A stretch of 64,000 nt of DNA from Eimeria praecox (lineage: Eukaryota): assembly GCA_963920595.1 (NCBI GenBank), contig OY986948.1:2108001-2172000 (forward strand), written 5' to 3'. A model generated the notes under the pieces. It did not search any database and had not been told where the DNA came from. It saw only the letters and a program-made list of their open reading frames with translations. Both the position numbers and the translations under genes were made by a program. The stretch's first letter is position 1. Each line of letters begins with the position of its first letter. Below are positions 54,279 to 64,000 of the stretch, one piece after another.

Positions 54279-54472
54279 GTTGCTAATTTCCTGGCTGCTG
54301 CTGCTGCTGTGCTGCTGTTTGCTGCTGCGGCTGCTGCCGTTTGTTTGCTGGCAGGGTGAAGGATAGCAACGGGTGAATGCTGCAACACTGCAGCAGCTGC
54401 TGCTGCCTCTACTCCAGCTGCTGTTGTTGCTGTTGCTTCCGCTGCAGCGAGCGATCCTGCTGCTGCTGTATC

Positions 54473-54504
<32 letters not shown>

Positions 54505-54703
54505 TTGCTGCTGAGTGTTTCAGGCTCACTGGGGTGTCTTCGGTCTTCTTGCTCGACTGTATGACTCTGCTGCTGCCTTCTTCTCGCGCTGCAGCGGCGC
54601 TGCAGCAGCAGCAAACGCAGCAGCAACCTTAACTGTAGAACAGGTCAGGCTACTGATGCCGCTGCAGCAACAGCAGCATCTGCACCTACATCTCAGATTG
54701 TCT

Positions 54704-54749
<46 letters not shown>

Positions 54750-55220
54750 AGCGAGGCTGTATGACTTGATGCTTGTGTCTTGCAGGTGCTGGTGCTGCTT
54801 CAGTGTCACTTGCTGCTGTTAGAGGGTTGTAGGCAGCAGCAGCTGCCGACAGGTGCAGCAGCAGCAGCTGCTGCTTCCCTTGAAGCTGGCATACCCCAGA
54901 CAGCAGCAGCAGCAGCAGAAGCTGCTGCTGCTGCAGCAGCAGCAGCGACAGGCTCTCCATCTGCTGCTCAGCTGCTGCAAGATATTCAAAAGAGCCTTCG
55001 CTCTTGCAGTCTACGGACGGAATCGCTAGAAGGTAAACTTGCTGCTGCTGCTCGACTGCTGCTGCTGCTGCTGCTCGACTGCTGCTGCTGCTGCTGCTGC
55101 TGCTGCTCGACTGCTGCTGCTGCTGCTGCTGCTGCTCATCTCTTGCTGCTGCTCAGCGACTTAGTAAGAGCGGTTTCTTATGTTGCCTGCCGCCTCCCAC
55201 GCTTGCTGCAGATAGTATAG
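50821..55220 (+). CDS. Large Leu/Ala/Gln-rich helical hypothetical protein; likely exons 50821-54213, 54524-54643, 54786-(3' end uncertain)
   Basis: 1181-codon ORF from a true ATG with many non-repetitive amphipathic segments. Phase-0 junctions DPQ|gtgc..tcag|AHWGVF and VEQ|gtca..gcag|VLVLLQ. The acid-free, Arg/Ser-containing N-terminus could be a mitochondrial presequence (inference). Confidence 0.7.
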
Positions 55221-55385
55221 CTGAAAGAAATCCTAGCAGCAGCAGCAGCAGCAGCAGCAATTGTTCTCCCTGCTGCACCTCGCATATGTTGTCAGCCTCA
55301 GGCGTATTTCTCTGCTTTTCTGTTTGCAGTTGTTGGAGCCGCGACACACCTCCTGAGCGCGATACAGAGGGCCTCTCAGCAGGGT

Positions 55386-55427
<42 letters not shown>

Positions 55428-55994
55428 TAGCACATGGAGCAGCAGCAGCAGTAGCAGCAACAGAAAGCTTAGTTAGGGTGCGTCATTTAACAGACGTCCG
55501 CATGCAGCAGTATTCGTTTCGGTTGCTGTGCAATTGCTGCTGGTGCAGGCATTGGGGAGGCGGGGTCTGCTGCTGGTGCTCCTGGTGCTGCTGCTGCTGC
55601 TGATGCTGCTGCGCAGCAGCAGCATCAGCGAGTGTCTCTAATAGAACGCTTCATTAGCTGGCTACGTCCCCGGCTGCAACGTCGTGCTTAAAATGTGATT
55701 GTATGTATTTAAACACAGAGCAGTGCATGCAGAGGGGGGGGGGGGGGGGGTTGATGTTGTTCTGCTACTTGTGCTCTGCAGGGTGAAGGATTTGATTTAA
55801 TAATAGTGTATATTGTATTTCTTGTTTTGTTAACAAATCAAAGATTGATGTCTTCCACAGCGTAGAGTGACACAGGGTCACCTGACTAGGAGATGTGCTT
55901 CGACGAGTTGTTGTTGTTGGTGTTGGTGTTGTGTTTACAGCTTAACTCTTCCTTGAAAAAGCCCCAAATTCGAGAATATATCAACACGGAAGAG

Positions 55995-56034
<40 letters not shown>

Positions 56035-56668
56035 GGTTGCTGCAGCAGCAGCAGACTCGAGCTAGCCTGCTCCTCTCGGCTACCGGGGCGTCGCTGCAGC
56101 AGGCATCATATAGAGGATGTAGGTGTGTTTTAATATGCAATGTTATTACGTTTTTAAATGCTTTTAAATATATATTTAGTTTAATTTTATTAAATTATTT
56201 ATTAAATATTAAATATCGTTACTACTTCATCCCCGGGATAGGGCTGACCAGCCACATACAGAAGCTGTCGTCACCTGCATCGACCATTGGCTCCGCGGCC
56301 GACGGTATATTGTTTGCATTCATTCTTTCAAGTTTTTAGAATATTTTTAATTTTCTTTTTTGTTTAAAGTGTTTAATAAATTCGTACAACAGATTCTCTA
56401 TTTTACTGTGCTGTGTGTTGGCTGCTTTCGGACGGCATCACCAGCATCGATGCCCCTATCTATAATATAACCTCAGCAGCTACTACTACTGAGGAGGCAC
56501 AACAACATATGTACGTTTTGTCTGATTTGAAACACCAACATCGGAAAGGAGAAAGACAACAAGCCCATCATTCTGATTTGATGTGTATACGATACTTGTT
56601 GTGATCTGAGGTGTATACGAACGATTCTCTAGGATATACATACACCAGTCATCACACCCGTAGCCGTG

Positions 56669-57001
56669 ATGCGTTTCTTGAATGGCTGCCAGCAACAGCA
56701 GCAGATGCTGCTACTGCTGCTGCTATTAAATGCTGCAACCGCAGCATATGCACTCCACAGCAAGCCGTCACAGCAGCAGTTGTACCTGGGGGTTGAACAG
56801 TTGACTCCTCCGCAGAACAGCGAGCCCAGCAGCACGGCTGGCGTGCCACTCTCTCTCGCGTTGCTGCAGCAGCAGCAAGTAACAACAGGGTTAGACGATG
56901 CCCTTCTAAATATGACTGACGAGAAAGAGAAACCTTCTTTCTTCCAACACAGTGAGTGAGCAAGGAAACGCTACCTAGCAGCACATAGTATATGTTAAGT
57001 G

Positions 57002-57045
<44 letters not shown>

Positions 57046-57242
57046 ATTTATCTGTTATTACAATGCTCTTCTTGTTTTTTTGTATAGGTGGATGGGTATT
57101 GCCTCAAGAATCAAAGCAAACAAGGGGGATGTTTAACTGGTATACAAACCCTTACACCTATGTCATTATTGGGGGGCTGGTGGGAGCCCTCGTCGGGTTA
57201 GGCATCTGGTGTATAGTTGCGTCGTATACCTTCAAAGCGTGA
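56669..57242 (+). CDS. Small (145 aa) protein with putative signal peptide and C-terminal transmembrane helix; exons 56669-56951, 57088-57242
   Basis: [28 protein letters not shown]... with phase-1 intron CAC A|gtgagt..atag|GT. The second exon reads SGWVLPQESKQTRGMFNWYTNPYTYVIIGGLVGALVGLGIWCIVASYTFKA*. Confidence 0.75.
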
Positions 57243-57649
57243 AGCAGCAGCAATAAGCTGCTGCATGCATGCAAACAGCAGCAGGTGTTTCTGTGTTCCT
57301 CTGTTTCGAGATGACAGCCACCAGAACACCGGAGTGCTGTTTACTACGACTCAATAGAGATTTAGCTCACCTGTAACAAATGATAAAGAAGACCCTAACA
57401 GCAGCAGCAGCAGCTCCAGCTGCTGCTGCTGCTGGAGATGCAAACCAGCAGCAGCTCCAGCTGCTGCTGGGGATGCAAAGCAGCAGCTGTCTCGCCCTTG
57501 ACACCACGCCTGCTGCCACAGTTGGCGGTGGGGAGAAGCTGGTTTACGAGCTGCTTTCTTGTTTGCTGTTAATTACACTTTGTAAAAATTGACGTTTTGT
57601 TTTTTCTGAGGATATAACTCCCTCCCCTCCCTTCTAAGCGGTAAAACCA

Positions 57650-57677
57650 TAAACCCTAAACCCTAAACCCTAAACCC
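57650..57677 (-). repeat. Short telomere-like (CCCTAAA)n at the edge of the CAG-rich domain
   Basis: Direct reading; another short copy at ~58081-58095. Confidence 0.85.
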
Positions 57678-58333
57678 GCTAATTTTTCAGGGGTTTCTTT
57701 GCAAACTGTTTTATTTTTTTAATTTAAAGATTAATATTTTGCTGCCTCGTCCCTTCTGACTATCGCCTGCTGGCTGCTTGCTCCCTCCTCTGATTTCCAC
57801 TCCCCAACTGCTGATGCTCCCCCCGCCTCCTTCATTGCGTGAAGGGTATGTAGCCTCTCCAGCTATGGTGATGGGGGAAGACAGATGCATCAAAGTGGTA
57901 TGATCAGCCGTGCGAGTCATCGCAGCAGGAAGAATACAACCGCTGCACTGAAAGCCAGTCTACCTAGCACGGACTCAACCTATAAGCGAAATGTCCAATA
58001 ACTATGTATTGCAAGGCTGTGCTGCTCTCTGGTGCCTCTCTACATGTAGCCTTTTGCTAGGTAAAGCGGAAGCGGGAAGCCTAACCCTAAACCCTAAGAA
58101 GTAGGCAACTACAGGTTGGCATATTCATATCTATCATTACAACAGCATTGCTGGTGAAACGTTAGTTTCAGTATTGTGCCAGAGATTAATATGAAACAAT
58201 AAGTTGAATCAAAACATATGAGTAAGGATGCATCCGGGTAGTCTTTTATGATAGGGAAGACGCCGGCATCCTGGAACAAGTGTAATAAGGCTATTTCGGT
58301 AAAAAATAAAACGACATAACGAGTTTAACTCAC

Positions 58334-61300
58334 TTACTGGGAAAAGGGAGAACCAAACATGTACAAACTAGACGGCATCGAATACAGCTAAACGAGAACC
58401 TGAACTCCGAAACTAACATATTTGAATGTACTACTAGATATTATTATTAGCTATTGCAGCTCACCGGCTGGAGAAAGAAGTATAATAAATAACAAAAAGG
58501 CCCGAATATACAATATACAAGGAAAGCTTAGACACCGAGAGGTGAAGCATGAGGATTATATCAACGTTCTGCTGCCAAGGGATTGCTGCTCACGGCCTGG
58601 CTCAGAAAGAGAAACGCCACGGGTGCAGCGGGTATGAATGAGGTAGGTAGTTCTTTTAAAAAATATGCTCCACACTATTTAAAGTACCACAAACAAATAT
58701 TTACCATCGTTTCCTCTGGCCGCTTAACGTAGAACATTCAACTCACAGCCTGCATGCAAATGGGGGATTGGTTTCTTCGCCTGCCACAAGGTAAGACCAA
58801 CTCAGACGCTCTATGAATATATACTTGAGCATCCCGCAAAAACGTGTATGCAACGACTCAGAAGTGCTCTCCTTTCCTTAAAATATTCAACAACCTTACT
58901 GTCTGCATGCCTTCCACCGCTCAATCTCCGTCGAATACAAAACAAAACAACATATCCTGTGACGATGCCTGTGCTATCGTGCAGCGATTTAGCAACAAAG
59001 AGGTTCTAAGATTAAGATCCAAAATGTCTACAAACGCACCGTCTAAAGGCCCAACAAAAAACGCCAAAGGGATAGTTTTAGTGATACACGAGTACAAGCG
59101 GATCCGTCTCACAGGAAGAGGAAGCTGATAATGTCATTTTTCCTCTCCAGTGGGTAACAATCTTACTGTCTGCAACTCCGCCACCGATCAATACCCCCTC
59201 CCTTTAAATACAAACTTGCACTATCTGCCTTCCTGTGGCCGTGTCGTGCTTGTGCCGTGGTGTAGCGAAGGGGCTGCAGTGCGCGAACAAGTATACCCAT
59301 GAAACCAGGTAAAACATTCATAAACTCACCGTCTGGAAGACAACAAAACCCGCGGAAAAATTCTTTATATTGAAATACCAATGCATGTGAACTTGCCCCT
59401 AAATTAAACTAAAAACTTCCTTCTCGTTTCCCTAGACTGGGGAAAAACCTTACTGTCTGCAAGTCATTCACCGCCCAATCCCCATCCAATACAACAATAC
59501 AATGCATTGCGCGTCTTTTTGTTAATCTGTCTGTTCGAGAATGCAGTAATCCAGCAACAAACATACCCTTCAAATCAGATCAACAATACTAGTTAATGCG
59601 CCGATACGAGAAACTCGCTGAAGTGCTAGTTTAAGCCATATACCACTGCATGTGAATCTTTGTTGAAGGAGAAGTAAGCCACTGGCACATGTCATATCTA
59701 TCTCGCATGGTAAAAAAAGCTTACTGGCTGCAAGCCATTCATCGTTCAAACCCCATTCAAGCCAATACAATACAGTGCATGCCTTCCTCTGAATCTGGCT
59801 GCTCAACGGTGCAGCAATGCATCTAATAAATCCTTCGAATCAAATCATAGTTAACTCGCCGATACAATAAACTCACGGAAATGGTAGTTTCAGTGGATTT
59901 TACCCCACTGCATGCAAAACTGTTTCGAAGGACAAAGAAGCCACTGGCACATGCCATCTCTCTCTCTCTCTCTCGCATGGGCAAAAAACCTTACTGACTG
60001 GAAGTCATTCATCGCTCAAACACCACCAAACCAAAATACAATGCAGTGCATGCATTCCTATGAATATGCCTGTTCAAGCATGCAGCAGTGCAGGAAGAAG
60101 TATATCCTTCAAATCAGATCAAAGGCATCTGTAAACTCACAAATCCAAGAAGCCCGTCATCAACGAGCGAGTTTAACCCATACACCAATGCATGTGAATC
60201 CTTGTCGAAGGATAGATAAGGAAACCACTGGCAGATATATCATCTCCCACACTTGCGGGAAGGCTCACTTTCTGCAAGTAAGACACCGCACAAACCCCAT
60301 CCAAGCCAAGAATACAATGCAATGCATGCATCCGTATGAATCTGCTAGTTCAACAATGCAGCAATGCATATAATAAATCCTTCGAATCAAATCAAAAATA
60401 TTAGATAAACTCGCCGATACAATAAACCCAGCGAAATGGTAGTTCAGTGGATTTTACACCACTGCATGGGAATCTGTGTCGAAGGACAAGGAAGACACTG
60501 ACACATGCCATCTCTCTCGCATGGGCAAAAACGCTTACTGGCTGCAAGTCAGTCATCGCTCATGCTCCATCCAAGCCAAAATACAATGCAGTGCATGCCC
60601 TTCAAAGAATATGCCTGTTCAAGCATGCAGCAGTGCAGGAAGAAGTATATCCTTCAAATCAGATCAAAGACATTTGTAAACTCACCAATCCAAGAAGCCC
60701 GTCGAAAAGCGAGTTTAACCCATACACCAATGTATGTGAATCTGCGTCGAAGGATAGATAAGGAAACCACTGGCAGATATATCATCTCCTACACTTGCGG
60801 GAAGGCTCACTCTCTGCAAGTAAGAAAGCGCACAAACCCCATCCAATACAAAAATACAATGCAATGCATGCGGAGGTATGAATCTGCCAGTTCAACAATG
60901 CAGCAGTGCATCTAATAAATCCTTCGAATCAGATCAAAGATAAACTCGCCGATACAATAAACAAACCAAAATGCTAGTTTTAGCGGATTTTATACCACTG
61001 CATGTGAAACTTTGTCGAAGGAGAATGTAGCCACTGGCACAGGCCATGTCTATCCCGCATGGGCAAAAAAAAAGCTTACTGCCTGGAAGTCATTCATCGC
61101 GTAAACACCATCCAAGCCAAAATACAATGCAGTGCATCCCTTCCTAAGAATCTGGCTGTTCAAGGGTGCAGCAATGCATCTAATAAAACCTTCAAATCAG
61201 ATCAAAAATATTAGATAAACTCGGCGATACAATAAACCCACCGAAATGGTAGTTTCAGTGGATTCTACAACCACTGCATGTTAATCTGTGTCGAAGGACA

Positions 61301-63811
61301 AAGAAGCCACTACCACATGCCATATTTATCTCTTATGGCGAAAAGAGCTTACTCCCTGCAAGCCATTCATCGCACAAACCCCATCCAAGCCAAAATACAA
61401 TGCAATGCATGCCCTTCTGTGAACCTGCCCGTTCAACCATGCAGTAATGCATCAAGAAATAAATCCATCGTATCAGATCAAAAATATTAGTTAACTCGCC
61501 GATACAATAAACCCACCGAAATGTCCGTTCGGGCGACGTTCGCAACCACTACGTGTGAATCTGTATCGAAGGACTAGGAAGACACTACCACATGTTATAT
61601 CTCTCTCGCATGCGCAAAAGGACCTTACTGTCTGCAAGCCATTGACCGCTCAAACCCCACCCAATACAAAAATACAATGCAATGCATGCTTCCAAAGAAT
61701 CTGGCTGTTCAAGCATGCAGCAATGCATCTAATAAATCTTTCAAATCAGATCAAAAATACTAGTTAACTCGCCCATACAAAAAAACATACCAAAATCCTA
61801 GTTTCAGTGGATTCTACAACCACTGCATGTTAATCTGTGTTGACGGACAAAGAAGCCACTGGCACTTGTCATATTTATCTCGCATGGGCAAAAGGAGCTT
61901 ACGTCCTGCAAGCCATTCATCGCACAAACCCCATCCAAGCCAAAATACAATGCAGTGCATGCATTCCTATAAATATGCCTGTCAAGCACGCAGCAGTGCA
62001 GGAAGAAGTATATCCTTCAAATCAGATCGAAGACATCTGTAAACTCACCAATCCAAGAAGCCCGTCATCAAAGAGCGAGTTTAACCCATACACCAATGCA
62101 TGTGAATCTGTGTAGAAGGATAGATAAGGAAACCACTGGCAGATATCATCTCCCACACTTGCGGGAAGGCTCACTTTCTGCAAGTAAGACACCGCACAAA
62201 CCCCATCCAAGCCAAGAATACAATGCAATGCATGCATCCGTATGAATCTGCTAGTTCAACAATGCAGCAATGCATATAATAAATCCTTCGAATCAAATCA
62301 AAAATATTAGATAAACTCGCCGATACAATAAACCCAGCGAAATGGTAGTTCAGTGGATTTTACACCACTGCATGGGAATCTGTGTCGAAGGACAAGGAAG
62401 ACACTGACACATGCCATCTCTCTCGCATGGGCAAAAACGCTTACTGGCTGCAAGTCAGTCATCGCTCATGCTCCATCCAAGCCAAAATACAATGCAGTGC
62501 ATGCCCTTCAAAGAATATGCCTGTTCAAGCATGCAGCAGTGCAGGAAGAAGTATATCCTTCAAATCAGATCAAAGACATTTGTAAACTCACCAATCCAAG
62601 AAGCCCGTCGAAAAGCGAGTTTAACCCATACACCAATGTATGTGAATCTGCGTCGAAGGATAGATAAGGAAACCACTGGCAGATATATCATCTCCTACAC
62701 TTGCGGGAAGGCTCACTCTCTGCAAGTAAGAAAGCGCACAAACCCCATCCAATACAAAAATACAATGCAATGCATGCGGAGGTATGAATCTGCCAGTTCA
62801 ACAATGCAGCAGTGCATCTAATAAATCCTTCGAATCAGATCAAAGATAAACTCGCCGATACAATAAACAAACCAAAATGCTAGTTTTAGCGGATTTTATA
62901 CCACTGCATGTGAAACTTTGTCGAAGGAGAATGTAGCCACTGGCACAGGCCATGTCTATCCCGCATGGGCAAAAAAAAAGCTTACTGCCTGGAAGTCATT
63001 CATCGCGTAAACACCATCCAAGCCAAAATACAATGCAGTGCATCCCTTCCTAAGAATCTGGCTGTTCAAGGGTGCAGCAATGCATCTAATAAAACCTTCA
63101 AATCAGATCAAAAATATTAGATAAACTCGGCGATACAATAAACCCACCGAAATGGTAGTTTCAGTGGATTCTACAACCACTGCATGTTAATCTGTGTCGA
63201 AGGACAAAGAAGCCACTACCACATGCCATATTTATCTCTTATGGCGAAAAGAGCTTACTCCCTGCAAGCCATTCATCGCACAAACCCCATCCAAGCCAAA
63301 ATACAATGCAATGCATGCCCTTCTGTGAACCTGCCCGTTCAACCATGCAGTAATGCATCAAGAAATAAATCCATCGTATCAGATCAAAAATATTAGTTAA
63401 CTCGCCGATACAATAAACCCACCGAAATGTCCGTTCGGGCGACGTTCGCAACCACTACGTGTGAATCTGTATCGAAGGACTAGGAAGACACTACCACATG
63501 TTATATCTCTCTCGCATGCGCAAAAGGACCTTACTGTCTGCAAGCCATTGACCGCTCAAACCCCACCCAATACAAAAATACAATGCAATGCATGCTTCCA
63601 AAGAATCTGGCTGTTCAAGCATGCAGCAATGCATCTAATAAATCTTTCAAATCAGATCAAAAATACTAGTTAACTCGCCCATACAAAAAAACATACCAAA
63701 ATCCTAGTTTCAGTGGATTCTACAACCACTGCATGTTAATCTGTGTTGACGGACAAAGAAGCCACTGGCACTTGTCATATTTATCTCGCATGGGCAAAAG
63801 GAGCTTACGTC
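58334..63811 (-). CDS. 3' part of a putative gene built from 3-nt (single-codon) micro-exons; encodes ...(DTGARPK)2-SPTTTTTAAP*; 5' part lies beyond the window
   Basis: 25 sites of YAG|NNN|GT. In transcript order (plus-strand start of each triplet): 63809 GAC, 63535 ACA, 63259 GGA, 62986 GCA, 62717 AGA, 62445 CCA, 62175 AAA, 61903 GAC, 61629 ACA, 61353 GGA, 61080 GCA, 60811 AGA, 60539 CCA, 60269 AAA, 59995 TCA, 59725 CCA, 59454 ACA, 59330 ACG, 59167 ACA, 59040 ACG, 58900 ACA, 58747 GCT, 58594 GCC, 58465 CCG, 58334 TAA. Confidence 0.7.
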
Positions 63812-64000
63812 CTGCAAGCCATTCATCGCACAAACCCCATCCAAGCCAAAATACAATGCAGTGCATGCATTCCTATAAATATGCCTGTCAAGCACGCAGC
63901 AGTGCAGGAAGAAGTATATCCTTCAAATCAGATCGAAGACATCTGTAAACTCACCAATCCAAGAAGCCCGTCATCAAAGAGCGAGTTTAACCCATACACC
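59430..64000. repeat. Tandem array of ~270-276 bp diverged monomers with a near-identical 1906 bp (7-monomer) higher-order repeat; runs off the window
   Basis: Identical ORFs recur exactly 1906 bp apart (60447/62353, 61278/63184, 61827/63733). The monomer anchor ct(t/c)ac-NNN-ctg(c/g)aag occurs every ~272 bp. TGCATG-rich; more degenerate copies extend to ~58.9 kb. Confidence 0.95.

Noticed and set aside
59570..63948. Plus- and minus-strand ORFs of 60-153 aa inside the tandem array
   Set aside because: Monomer lengths are not consistently multiples of three and frames break between monomers. The ORFs recur only because of the 1906 bp duplication.
59430..64000. CRISPR array or plain centromeric satellite interpretation
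   Set aside because: No short repeat/unique spacer structure and no cas genes, in a eukaryotic context. A purely structural satellite does not explain the invariant AG-NNN-GT geometry extending into unique flank, though a centromeric role is not formally excluded.

Overview
Eukaryotic, intron-rich DNA with the hallmarks of a coccidian (Eimeria-type) nuclear chromosome: pervasive (CAG)n tracts decoded as poly-A/Q/S, interstitial TTTAGGG telomere-like arrays, TGCATGCA motifs and AT microsatellites. Positions 1 to about 57.7 kb are repeat-rich. By manual splicing they hold a signal-peptide PDZ protein, two tandem intronless PAP2 lipid phosphate phosphatases, a degenerate adenylate-kinase-like protein, a Get2/CAML-like membrane protein, an ABHD17-like alpha/beta hydrolase, a small single-pass membrane protein and several hypothetical proteins. 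After about 57.7 kb the sequence becomes CAG-poor and ends in an apparent ~272 bp satellite with a 1906 bp (7-monomer) higher-order repeat. The main finding is on the minus strand of that satellite and its unique flank. There are 25 regularly spaced sites of the form YAG|NNN|GT donor, i.e. candidate 3-nt micro-exons. Joined in order they read (DTGARPK)x2-SPTTTTTAAP-stop, suggesting a gene with one codon per exon whose stop codon is its own exon. All gene models were derived by eye and need transcript confirmation.
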